The notes beneath the pieces are model-generated. The model was not told the DNA's origin. It did no database searches and saw only the letters and a list, made by a program, of their open reading frames with translations. A stretch of DNA of 63,071 nt, counting the filler, from Octopus bimaculoides (taxonomy: Eukaryota): assembly GCF_001194135.2 (NCBI RefSeq). It is 5 parts of 5 records of this genome, joined end to end, with 100 filler letters (N's around TTAATTAATTAA, not from the genome) between each part and the next. Parts side by side here need not be neighbours in the genome. Positions count along the whole stretch, not along the records: positions 38,396 to 50,081 come from NC_069000.1; positions 50,182 to 58,421 come from NW_026384766.1; 3 more parts are not named here. One strand, written 5' to 3'. Of the stretch, positions 38,405-50,572 are shown in pieces; within the stretch, counting starts at the first letter, position 1; every line of letters begins with the position of its first letter. Position numbers and translations under genes: made by a program.

Positions 38405-39775
38405 ATGTAGGAGGGAAGCAATCAAGGGGTCCCCAAGCTGACGGAAGTAGAGAAAATCTAATTGCAGGGAGTTCATGGACGACGTAACGGTTATGACACC
38501 ATGATTCCAAGGGATACGGTGGACATAGAGCTCACTGGAAAAGATGGGTACATAGTCACGGCTGAAGTTCAACCTTGTGAAATGTCAGAACTTGAATTTC
38601 CTCAGATGAAATCTAACGAATGACCCCTTTAGCACTCAGAAAAAATACTCCGCTGCTATGGAAAATTTTACTATCCTACTCTAAAAGATGTTGGCAATGT
38701 TGAAGACGCCAAAACCCGACTAGGCAACAAGCTCAGGGCAATTGATAAAAGCCAGCTACTTGAGAGACTCAGAGCATGGTGCTTCCATTATGACATCATA
38801 TTCAGACTGCAGTGGCTTCTTTTACTTTGCGACTTTCCATGACTCGAGTAGAGACAATGGAAATGTTGTGCAGTAAGTTCGTGCGAAGATGGCTGGGCGT
38901 TCTTTCAAATTTCAGCTAAGTCAATCAAAGCAAGATCTCTAAGCACCGTTTACCAATTTCATCAATTGTGGAGGAATTGAAAGCCACAAAGCAAGAGCAA
39001 ACAGCAAATTGCTTCCGTCTGGGGACGAAAAGATCAGTCACATCAAGACTATAAAGTGTGGCAGAAAATGAAAAATGGTAACACCAGGAAGCTGTGAAGG
39101 AAGCAGAGACATACTATAAACACCAGGTAATTGTTGGATTGTTGGCAATTACAGCATCAGGAGGTAGAAAAGCATCAATACCAAGGGCAGGAGAGCACTC
39201 ATCGCGCATAGGATCCGCGATTCAGCTGAAGAGGATCACCGGGTAAAACAGTAAGGCTTTCCCTACAAGGATCAATGAATGCAGTGGGACCAGGTACGTG
39301 GGCGTGGACTGTCCTGGGAGGGACTCTGGAACACTGACCAGGGAAACTTGTCCTCCTTCTTTCGTGCTGTCACTGACGTCTTGCCAACCTTAAGCAGTCT
39401 AAAGAAAATGACCCATCTTGTAAGCAGTGGACTTTGAACCATATTTTGACTGGGTGCCCTAAGATACTGACAGAAGACCGATATATGTGGAGACATGAAA
39501 AGGTTCTGCCAAGTGGACCGATCTGCAAAGGGTGAAGGCCACCACTATCATAAGATATCAAATTCCTAAAGGAAGGTGAGAAAGCCCTCGAAATCAAAAG
39601 CAATCTAAGGGGATCCGTTTTCCACTTTGCAATCAGGCTGGGAGATGCAAGAGGACCTGAGGGGCAGACTTGTCTTCACAGACAAGATAGCAGCAACGTC
39701 ACACCAAACAGATATCTCTCTGCTCTCCAGGAATACAAAAACAATCATCGTAGTCGAACTTAGAGTGCCCTAGGA
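38405..39775 (+). mobile_element. HERO-clade non-LTR remnant (RT C-half, thumb, CCHC/RLE start)
   Basis: FMDDVTVMT; IDKSQL..R..WC; RRWLG; WDQVRGR.LSW..LW; LNHILTGC; DI.L.S...K.IIVVELRVP*E. Confidence 0.8.
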
Positions 39776-40665
39776 AAGTGTGCACCCTTCCATAGTGCCT
39801 TTTCCCAATCGCTGCCACTTTGCGGTTAAATTTCCCAGTGTCAACCTCATCCTCAGTGAATTCATGTAGGGCATTCTGAGTGTGACTACTTCTGTTAGTA
39901 CTTGGTAGTACTTCAATGCACTTTAGAGCAACTAGTAATGCACGCTTGAATACGTTTTGAAAAGCTCTAACCATTCAACGGAGAGTGAATTCTTGTTCTT
40001 TCTTACTTCTGTAATGACATGGTTGATCGCTAATGTGCTCTCAAAGCATCTACAGTAGAGAGAAACCCTTCCTTTCTGGACATTCGTGTCAATGTACTTG
40101 TTGAACAAGAGATATGATGTTAACCTTTTGGCAATGATGATCTTAAAGATATTCCTCACGGGATTCAAAAGGGAGATCTCTTGAAACTGATCAAGTCCCG
40201 CTGAGTTTTCTTCTTTTAGGACAAAACAGGCGTCAGCGAGTGCCCAGAGCTAGGGTTCCTGCTTTCCTACCACATCAAACGTAAAAGCTTTGCCAGCCTT
40301 CTTAACAATAGTGGGCAATATTTCTAAATTATATACGTGGTGCCATGTGCCTCTGGAGCAAAACCTCCATGAACTTTTGCCACCGCTGCCCTCACTTCGT
40401 GCCATGTTCAAAAGGGCGTGGAGTTTGAGCGTTGACAACGGAAAGGAACAATTTCCTAATGGCATGTTTATTTTAGGGTTGTAATGCACTGCTGCTACTC
40501 TGCTCTCTACCTCTTTTGAGCATATTAACTTCCCACAGTTTGGCTTTCTAAGGAGATCAGCTGTGACTGGAAGGGGTTGTTAAAAAAGGTCATCTTTTGT
40601 CCTCGCTTCACTCTCTATTGTATACGAAGTGACTCTGCTCTGCGAAGCTGGAGCAGGTTTCTTCG
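39770..40665 (-). mobile_element. HERO-clade remnant (pre-RT and RT N-half)
   Basis: LRRAE...F.NNPF; KYCPLLLRRL; ACFVLKEENS..LDQFQEISLLN; YIDTNVQKG; WQRLGKGTMEGCTLS. Confidence 0.8.
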
Positions 40666-40669
40666 TAAC

Positions 40670-40689
40670 TCTATACATACATGCATACA

Positions 40690-40722
<33 letters not shown>

Positions 40723-40742
40723 GCGTACATACGAACGTACAA

Positions 40743-40775
<33 letters not shown>

Positions 40776-40790
40776 CATACATAAACAAGG
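40670..40790. repeat. (CATA)n microsatellite between two LINE remnants
   Basis: Direct reading. Confidence 0.95.
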
Positions 40791-41900
40791 CGGCAGAAGC
40801 TTAACATCGATCCAAAATGCCTTTGAATGTCACATCATATCTCTTCGGCAACATCTTTTAACCACCAAGCGTCGAAGTGCATCCCTTGACCAAGTTTGCA
40901 CAAATGAAGCTGATAACTTCATAACATTTGTAATGCAGCTCCTTGAGCAACACTGATAACCTAGAATACTTGCCCAAAGAAGTCGCACAACTCTACCGCA
41001 ACATATCATCAGATGAAAGGATGAGCCTATATGAGCAGAAGACTATGCATGGATATGTTAGTAGAAAGCTCCATGATGATAGTAACATCAATCATCAAAG
41101 CAGTCTATCATGGACCAATAACCAGATTACTACCTTCCACTTTCAAGGGAATGTGTTTGCAATCCAGGAACAGGAAGTATCAACCAAGTACCTGATGCAC
41201 AAAAGGGATAGAGATGCGGGGAAAGTCGTAGAATGTGACAATCGATGCAGACTTTGTGGAGTTGACACTGAAGATATCAGCCACATCATAAGTAATTGTC
41301 CGAAAATGTCATCACGATATTATCTAACGAAGAGACATGACCTTGTAGCTAGGACACTCTATAATGAAATCCGTCGGAAGGATAATCCCTAGGACAAAGA
41401 AATAAGAACCTACAATATGGTAGAAGCCATAGCCACTTATAATGAAAAGGAATACTGGTGGAATGTACCAGTGAAGACCTCAATAAAATTTAAGCACAAC
41501 AGATTTGGTATAATGATTTGGGATAGAGAAGAGAAACTGTGCACAGTTGTGGAAATTAGCTGCCCAGCGGATGTTGATATAAAGCTGAAGATCAGTGAAA
41601 AAGAGAACACCTATGCTGAACTATTGAGAAATCTAGAGTTACTCTATCCACATTACAAGTTCAGGTTTATACCTGTAATAATTGGGGCTCTAATATATGT
41701 AACACACTGCCTAAATATCAATCTTGAGAAATTAGTCTTCTCAACACCAGAAAGGAGAAAGCTAATTCTAAAACTACAGATCCAATCCATCTTTGGAAAT
41801 GTAAAAACATGTAAAATTTTCCAGAAGTTTATCATTTAAATATATATGAGCATATCTAGATATGCAACTATATGTATGAGAACACCTACATAAAGTACAA
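40790..41900 (+). mobile_element. R4/Dong-clade LINE, 5'-truncated (CCHC knuckle plus RLE), inactive
   Basis: KQGGRSL; CRLCGVDTEDISHIISNC; KRHDLVA; HNRFGIMIWD..VVEISCP..EKENTY; IPVIIGAL; one in-frame stop; 3' UTR ends in (CATA)n. Confidence 0.88.
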
Positions 41901-42129
41901 CATACAAATCTGCACACATACATACATACATACATACATGAAAACAAACAAACAAACAAACAAAAATGCCCTGTTGTTGATTTTGAAATTCCAATGAAGG
42001 AACCTTGGATCTAGGTTAGAATCCGGTTCTTTTTCTATTGGCAAGAAATCTTGAAATAAACTGAATAATGACATACATACATACATACATACATACATAC
42101 ATACATACATACATACATACATACAAACA

Positions 42130-42375
42130 ATCAGACCTTTTTTTTTTATCAGAGAAGTCTTTCAAAATCATTTCAAAGTCAATGGTTTTTGTAATGTCAT
42201 TTTCTATAGATAACACCACCAAATCATTTCGCGTCTTTTGTGAAATTGTTGACTGTCGGTATGCTTTTATCAGTTTTAATTTTGAAAAGATCCTTTCACC
42301 TGACTCAACCGTTACGGGCGTTATGAAGTAAATCTTTAAAGAACTAAAGAAAAAAGCTTTAGGAAATGTTTAATT
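42130..42375 (-). mobile_element. hAT transposase dimerisation-domain remnant
   Basis: TPVTVESGERIFSKLKLIKAY..STISQ....L.VLSIENDI...IDF..IL.DF..KK. Confidence 0.85.
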
Positions 42376-42638
42376 CATCATAGCGTCCTTCGTTCGAGCA
42401 TGTACACGGAGTACTCTCTTGGTGCTTGGCCCACTTTGAAAATATCTCAATAATCGGTTTAAAACCGGCCCTGTACATAAATACATACATACATACATAC
42501 ATACATACATACATACATACATACATCATCGTGGTCGAACTTAAAGTACCCTAGGAAAGTGTGCACCCTTCCATAATGCTTGTACATACATACATACATG
42601 CATACATACATACATATGCATGTACGTACGTACGAATG

Positions 42639-42676
<38 letters not shown>

Positions 42677-42811
42677 CTTTCCGTAGAGGTAGCTGTCCGT
42701 CGTACTCAGAATTATGCACACATACATGCATGAATATATCTCCGTATTGCTATCCATGTGTATCTATGTGCGTGTGTGCGTGTGTGCGTGTGCGTGTGCG
42801 TGTGTGCGTGC

Positions 42812-42848
<37 letters not shown>

Positions 42849-43184
42849 CATGTATGTATGTATGTACGAATGTTTGTGTGCGTGTGCGTTTGTGTGTATT
42901 TAGGTAAGTATGTAACTGTATATGTATGTGCTCGCACTAGTGTGCGTGTGTAAATGAAAGTAAATAAGTTCCCTGTTTTACATTCGTCTTTGCGCACTCT
43001 CTCCTCTCTGTCTCTTACTCTCTCTCTCTCTTGTACGCACACACACATACACACATACACACACACACGCTTGCGCTCATATTCGCATACATATATTTAC
43101 AGGCACACATTTTTAGAGATATGCGCGAATCTGTATATATGCTTGTTTGAATGAACAGGGAACATTTTTTTTAGTCATACTAAA

Positions 43185-43212
43185 CCCGCCCACAATCTAA
43201 AATGATTGACAG
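43185..43212. promoter_or_regulatory. Candidate promoter: GC box plus TGATTGACAG decamer
   Basis: CCCGCCCA at 43185 and TGATTGACAG at 43203; downstream + strand donors AA/gtaagt (43422) and TTG/gtgagt (43736). Confidence 0.4.
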
Positions 43213-44567
43213 CTACTCAATTAGTTCGCCGCCTTGACTCCACCTCCTCTTGCTGTGTAATTTGTACAGTTGCTGATTCTCTTTTTTTTCTCCGCCTTTT
43301 TATTTTAAGTTCCTTTTAGCTGTTTTCTTTTTCACAACAAATTAGGCAAACAGAACAATAAAAATCATCAACAACAGAACAAAATGGAACAAATACACAA
43401 AAACGAAACAAAAACAAAAAAGTAAGTTTCGCAAAGTCATCTGACAGTTGAAAAATTAAAAAAAAAAAAGAAAGAAAGAAAGAAAGAAAGAAAAGTAGAA
43501 GACGAAAAGAATAACTGGAAAACAAAATATTCTCTTCAGAAAAAAGTCAACAGGCATTGCTATTTGGCACCATTAACAGTTCTGGTGGTGTCTTAGAACT
43601 GTCAGCCAAAACTGGTGAACGGTCAATTTCCAAAAGCTTATGAAGCATCATCCATACATATGTATACGCACACTCTTTAAGTTTAATTATATTTCTATAC
43701 ATATATAAATCTTTCAGTGAATTCTTCAAGCTTTGGTGAGTATGTTTTCAATTTGCCGTAATTACAAATGTGGCTAATATTCTTTTGTTCCTGTTTCAAT
43801 TTTCGTGCTATGGTTGCAAGATTTTTTTTATGTTAATGTTGCAAATGAATTAACAACAGCTAGGATTTTTCAACAGAGAATTCTAACAAGCATTGTAAAA
43901 TAATTTCATCGAGAGTGACAAGCAAGCTGATTGTAACAGTTATTATAAGTCTTATAGCTCTTACTGTGGAGGTGACAATTGTTGTAGTAATGCCTGTGGT
44001 AGTTGTTGTTGCCTACCTCCACGTCATCACAGTTCGATAATGAACAATCATCTGTAATCTCTAATTCTCTCATGATATCGCGTTTCTGGAGAGAACGACG
44101 TTCTCAAAAGTTTCCTTTCATCTTTTTTCTTCTTAAATACCGCTAGGTTTACATTCTTTCTCTTTTATCATGATGACAGTAATGATTATAACGATGGTGA
44201 TAATTGCGTTTGTTATGCATTTGTTTTAAGTCCAGTTGACCAGGTTTGAAATATATGTAAAAAACACTTTCAAGAACAACATCAACGGCAAAAATGTAAA
44301 ACCGAGTAAAAGAAATCAATATGACATTTTTGCGGTGGATAGTTGGTGAAGTTCTTTAACATATATTTGAAAGCTGATCGACTAGACTGATAATCAGAGG
44401 CTTCTAACTGTGAGCATCGTCTGCCCTTCTAAGTGATACACAACGTCATTATCTTGCATTATCTAATGCTCCGATCGTCTTTTTAATGATAACGTATGAT
44501 TTTGTAGCAAATAAAAGTTATCAGGTAAGCCACCACATCGTTCACTTCGTTGTTGTTGTCGTAGCTG

Positions 44568-44570
<3 letters not shown>

Positions 44571-44638
<68 letters not shown>

Positions 44639-44643
44639 CATCA

Positions 44644-44714
<71 letters not shown>

Positions 44715-44715
44715 G
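44571..44715. repeat. (ATT)n microsatellite
   Basis: Direct reading. Confidence 0.95.
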
Positions 44716-44952
44716 CCTTTAGTTTTAGGGAGGGGATTCTTTCTTAAAAGTGGATGTTAGTTTCCTTTCTCTATTTAGTTTTCGTAGTTGTTAATTGTAT
44801 TGCCGCTGCTGCTGCTGCTGCTGTTGCTGCTGTTGTTGTTGTTATTGTTGTTGTTGTTCTTGCTGCTGCTGTCGATGTTGTAGCAGTTGCTACGTTTAAA
44901 CTAGTAGACGGCAGGATTCCCAGCCCTATAGGTATATGCACCCTCTCTTCCT

Positions 44953-44953
<1 letters not shown>

Positions 44954-45039
<86 letters not shown>

Positions 45040-45160
45040 CACACATACACACACACACACTCACACACTCACACACACACACACACACTCACACACTCAC
45101 ACACACACATACACACACATACACACACACACAAACGCACAAACACACACACATATACGC
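44954..45160. repeat. (CA)n microsatellite
   Basis: Direct reading. Confidence 0.95.
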
Positions 45161-45223
45161 ACATAATAACTATCTATCTAACTATTTATCACATATATAT
45201 GTGTATATATTTATATATATAAT

Positions 45224-45263
45224 GGCCATGACGAAGGGAAATAGCCCTGAAACTCGAGTCGCC
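45224..45263 (+). ncRNA. Minimal hammerhead motif with one extra core nucleotide
   Basis: GGC-CaUGACGA-AGGG(aaauag)CCCU-GAAA-CUCGAG-UC-GCC. Confidence 0.6.
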
Positions 45264-46407
45264 TTTATATATATATATTTATATATTTATATATTTGATC
45301 CTTTATATTGAACACTCAATATTTCATCTACATTCAATACTTTCTTTCATGGTGCCATCCATTTTTATTTTATTTTATTTTATATTGTATATTGTATATT
45401 CCATATTCTATACCCCACATTAGTTCTGCAGGAATATAAATAAAACATAAAAAACAGACAGTGTTGGAACTCTTTTAAGCAAAATAATATATTCCTCTAT
45501 ACACAATCATACAAAAAAACCCACCTTTTTTGTATTTATTTTTACTCGCACATATATATATNNNNNNNNNNNNNNNNNNNNNNNNNNNNNNNNNNNNNNN
45601 NNNNNNNNNNNNNNNNNNNNNNNNNNNNNNNNNNNNNNNNNNNNNNNNNNNNNNNNNNNNNNNNNNNNNNNNNNNNNNNNNNNNNNNNNNNNNNNNNNNN
45701 NNNNNNNNNNNNNNNNNNNNNNNNNNNNNNNNNNNNNNNNNNNNNNNNNNNNNNNNNNNNNNNNNNNNNNNNNNNNNNNNNNNNNNNNNNNNNNNNNNNN
45801 NNNNNNNNNNNNNNNNNNNNNNNNNNNNNNNNNNNNNNNNNNNNNNNNNNNNNNNNNNNNNNNNNNNNNNNNNNNNNNNNNNNNNNNNNNNNNNNNNNNN
45901 NNNNNNNNNNNNNNNNNNNNNNNNNNNNNNNNNNNNNNNNNNNNNNNNNNNNNNNNNNNNNNNNNNNNNNNNNNNNNNNNNNNNNNNNNNNNNNNNNNNN
46001 NNNNNNNNNNNNNNNNNNNNNNNNNNNNNNNNNNNNNNNNNNNNNNNNNNNNNNNNNNNNNNNNNNNNNNNNNNNNNNNNNNNNNNNNNNNNNNNNNNNN
46101 NNNNNNNNNNNNNNNNNNNNNNNNNNNNNNNNNNNNNNNNNNNNNNNNNNNNNNNNNNNNNNNNNNNNNNNNNNNNNNNNNNNNNNNNNNNNNNNNNNNN
46201 NNNNNNNNNNNNNNNNNNNNNNNNNNNNNNNNNNNNNNNNNNNNNNNNNNNNNNNNNNNNNNNNNNNNNNNNNNNNNNNNNNNNNNNNNNNNNNNNNNNN
46301 NNNNNNNNNNNNNNNNNNNNNNNNNNNNNNNNNNNNNNNNNNNNNNNNNNNNNNNNNNNNNNNNNNNNNNNNNNNNNNNNNNNNNNNNNNNNNNNNNNNN
46401 NNNNNNN

Positions 46408-46468
46408 CCACATAGTTCCGGGTTCAGTCCCACTGCGTGGAACCTTGGGCAAGTTTCTTCTAGTATAG
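46408..46468 (+). mobile_element. SINE family A head fragment
   Basis: ccacatagttccgggttcagtcccactgcgtgg. Confidence 0.75.
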
Positions 46469-46476
46469 TAAATTTA

Positions 46477-47115
46477 TTCAATAAAATCATAATTGCTTTC
46501 AACCACGACCTCCAGACGACTTCAGAATCTCCTGCAACTCTTCTGAATGGTCTCCTTGTTTAAGCTGGTGAATGTTACCATAATCTTTGCCTTCAGATCA
46601 TCTTTGGTGTTAAAAGGAGTTTTGTTGGTCTCTCGCTCAACTGCGCCCCACACATAATAATGAAGGGGGTTGTAGTCTGAGGAGTTAGGTGGCCAGATGT
46701 TAGGGGTGATGTGGTCGGAGAAATTGTCTGACTGCCATGATTGGGTTCTCCTGCTTGTGTAGCATGGTGCAGAGTCCTGTTGCCAGACATAGATCTTCCA
46801 GCAGCCGCCCTCTGGTCCCAGGGCAACACTACCTCTTCCAGGTACCTGATGTAGGCTTCCGTGTTGAATATGAAGCCGTTTGGAAAGATGAATGGAGGCA
46901 TAACGTCGCCATCACTAGTGATCACACCAAACATCATGATGTTGACTGGATGTTTGATTTTTATCACTCTCGGTTCATGTCCTCAGATTGCATTTTCCTC
47001 GGATTGTCACTCTAACACTCTCAAAATTTCATATTGGAGCTCCCGGCACGAATGCCAAACAGTACAGCATGTCGTTTCCAAATTTCTGAAAGAGTGAATT
47101 GCGTCTTGGTGCTGT
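46477..47115 (-). mobile_element. maT/DD37D-type Tc1-mariner transposase remnant
   Basis: KHPVNIMMFGVITSDGDVMPPFIF; QQDSAPCYT; WPPNSSDYNP; ERETNK; SRLEVVV across frameshifts. Confidence 0.8.
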
Positions 47116-47184
47116 TTTTNNNNNNNNNNACACACACACACACACACACACATACACACACACACACACACACACGCACGCACC

Positions 47185-47218
<34 letters not shown>

Positions 47219-47349
47219 CTGACAGGGACTGTAATCGTCCGAAAACACCGTCCAAGAATTCCTTATACTGACACTCAGTTTCGGCAATTTCCGTTGCTTC
47301 ATCATAAGGACTGGCTCAGCTTCGGTAGATTCCGGACTTAATTCTCTAT

Positions 47350-47566
47350 CAGTATTGTTTTTTCTTTTACTTGTTTCAGTCATTTGACTGCAGTCATGCT
47401 AGTGCACCACCTTTAGTCGAACAAATCGACTCAGGACTTATTCTTTGTAAGCCTGTACTTATTCTATCGGTCACTTGTGCCGAACCGCTAAGTTACGGGG
47501 ATGTAAACACAACAACACCGGTTGTCAAGTGATGATGGGGGACAAACACAGACACACACACAAACA

Positions 47567-47612
<46 letters not shown>

Positions 47613-48020
47613 NNNNNNNNNNNNNNNNNNNNNNNNNNNNNNNNNNNNNNNNNNNNNNNNNNNNNNNNNNNNNNNNNNNNNNNNNNNNNNNNNNNNNNNN
47701 NNNNNNNNNNNNNNNNNNNNNNNNNNNNNNNNNNNNNNNNNNNNNNNNNNNNNNNNNNNNNNNNNNNNNNNNNNNNNNNNNNNNNNNNNNNNNNNNNNNN
47801 NNNNNNNNNNNNNNNNNNNNNNNNNNNNNNNNNNNNNNNNNNNNNNNNNNNNNNNNNNNNNNNNNNNNNNNNNNNNNNNNNNNNNNNNNNNNNNNNNNNN
47901 NNNNNNNNNNNNNNNNNNNNNNNNNNNNNNNNNNNNNNNNNNNNNNNNNNNNNNNNNNNNNNNNNNNNNNNNNNNNNNNNNNNNNNNNNNNNCCACACCG
48001 CCACTCCTGCGTCTATGTTT
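47350..48020 (-). mobile_element. SINE family A spanning a gap
   Basis: 3' part at 47350-47590; head (ccacaccgccactcctgc) just after the gap. Confidence 0.8.
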
Positions 48021-48271
48021 TCATAATCGAAATCTATGGATGATCTAACAAATCGCTAATGTGTATAAAGATAATGTATGGAGACAGCTTTTTGCAATGT
48101 TTCACCAAGAAGAAAAACTATAATCGTCACTAAATATGACTAGTGTGTTAGAAACACCTACATTGCTACATTGCTAGAAATAAAAACTAAAATGCGCTAA
48201 TGCTATAGTCAAAGCACATAATTGTATACATATATACTGACAGTGACTGTAATCGTCCATTATATATATAC

Positions 48272-48489
48272 ACAAACAATATATGAGTATATGCATATAT
48301 ATGTACATGTATGTACATACCTTCATCTACATGTACATATAGATACATATCTGGGTATATGACGTTGTTTATCATTTTGTCTATGTTCTTTTGCAACGTC
48401 ATGTGCCCAGATATGTATCTATATGTACATGCAGATGAAGGTATGTACATACATGTACATATATATGCATATACTCATATATTATTTGT
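48272..48489. repeat. Near-perfect inverted repeat, ~96-bp arms, ~26-nt loop
   Basis: Direct reading; mirrored ORF translations. Confidence 0.9.
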
Positions 48490-48507
48490 ATCACACGATC
48501 GAACGCA

Positions 48508-48573
<66 letters not shown>

Positions 48574-49978
48574 ATACATATATATATATACTCACTTATA
48601 CGCACTATCTCCCTCTCACTCACACATTCTCCCCTGTCACTTTTCATAACTTATCTGTTCTCTTATCAGATTTCACCCTTTATCTTTTTACATTTCATGC
48701 CTCATTCTCTATCATAGAATCTCACCTATATACGTATTTGTATGGGAGTTTGTATTTGTACACCCATATATCTACACATGTATATCTCTAAAGGTTGGTG
48801 GATTACTTGTGTAATTGTATGTGTGTGCGTGTCTGTGTTTGTGTGTGTGTATGTGTGTTCGTGTGTGTGTGTAAATATATATATCTATGCATGTATATAT
48901 ACACACGTCATACACTCACATATATGCATGCATAGATACATATACAAATACATACATGTACGCGGAAATAGGAGTAAACAACATAAACATCAACGACACG
49001 GTGGGTAATTTCCAGATTGGTTAGATATTCGGAATTTTTGGACAAATTAGAGGAAACATAATCAGTGGAAGTTTATGTAAACGAACATTATCTGAGGTAG
49101 TTCGCAACGTACAGATCCTTATATTTGCTGTATTTAGAGTAAACTTATGTAGCGAATTTGCAGAAGCATTACAGCATTGGACAAAAAGCTTTGCAGTATT
49201 TGTTCCGGCTCTCTACGCTTTAAATTCAAACTGAGGTGAACTTTACTTTCGCCCTTTAGAGGGTCCATAAAATAGAATATCTGTCCAAATTGATTGACTG
49301 GCAATATTGTTAGATCGGATGAGATATTGTGAGATATCTGTTACGGTTCTTTGCACCTTGTGGAAGAATTAAACTAATGTCAGATTAACATCACTTCACA
49401 CAATCCTTGGATCACTTTTGAAAGATTCGAGATACGTCTACCGCTAGCGGATAACTTCCTTTCTTCCTCTCACCAGTCCTGGTGTCCTTGAAAAGAAAAG
49501 TGGGGAGCTTGGGCGTTGCCCTTCTTTGAGAAGACAGTAGGATAAAAAAGAGTTTAGCTGTGAAAGAATACGCGCAGGGTGTCAGCTCGTTCTCGTCTGT
49601 TAGTGCGTGTTCTTGGTAGATTGTTAATTAATTCTAAAATCATACCAAACTTTCTACTAATCACTTGACCAGTAAGAGTTAACAGCCTAATCTCTCTCAG
49701 ATTCTACCAAACAGTCTTTGTAAAAAATAAACAAATAAATAAATAAGGAATGGAATTCAATAACGCATTCCTACATCTATTCAATGACTGAAAAGAAAGA
49801 TACGTTGTGCTCCTCGGTGGAACGTCTTTGATCATTAACCTGCTGCTGATGAGACCGGATTAAGCAGTTATAACTACATCTAGTAATTCTGCCTAGAGAA
49901 GGAGAGAGGGAGGGGGAGAGAGAGAAAGAGAGAGAGGTGACAAATACAAACAAGAAATCATACTACCTAATAAATACG

Positions 49979-50081
49979 AAGAAGAAGAAGAAGAAGAAGA
50001 AGAAGAAGAAGAAGAAGAAGAAGAAGAAGAAGAAGAAGAAGAAGAAGAAGAAGAAGAAGAAGAAGAAGAAGAAGAAGAAGA
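49979..50081. repeat. (AAG)n microsatellite
   Basis: Direct reading. Confidence 0.95.
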
Positions 50082-50181
50082 NNNNNNNNNNNNNNNNNNN
50101 NNNNNNNNNNNNNNNNNNNNNNNNNTTAATTAATTAANNNNNNNNNNNNNNNNNNNNNNNNNNNNNNNNNNNNNNNNNNNN

Positions 50182-50250
<69 letters not shown>

Positions 50251-50363
50251 GATATATACATATAGACGTTTAGAAAATCGTAACAACTTACATTATATAT
50301 ACATACATTCATACATATAAATACACATACACTCACACACATATATACATGCATACGTTCATA

Positions 50364-50572
50364 TAGAGTAATCCCTCGCATTATCGCGGTTCATCTATCG
50401 CGGTTCACCTATCGCGGTTTATTATTAACCTTACGTCGATTGCACCATGATGTTTTGCATTTATAATTATAAAAAAGAAAATATTCAGTACAGTACTGTT
50501 TCTACTTCGCGGATTTTCACCTATCGCGGTTTTTTTTTAACATAACACTCACGATAGGCGAGGGATTACTAT
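50364..50572. mobile_element. pogo/Tigger-type MITE
   Basis: TIRs AGTAATCCCTCGC / GCGAGGGATTACT in TA context; internal ctatcgcggtt repeats. Confidence 0.75.

Noticed and set aside
43384-43600. MEQIHKNETKTK exon spliced to the 43540 acceptor
   Set aside because: Spliced frame hits a stop after about 11 more codons; at best a uORF
49810-49860. CTGATGAGACC hammerhead-like core
   Set aside because: No downstream GAAA or stem II partner; upstream half is degenerate and stem I cannot form
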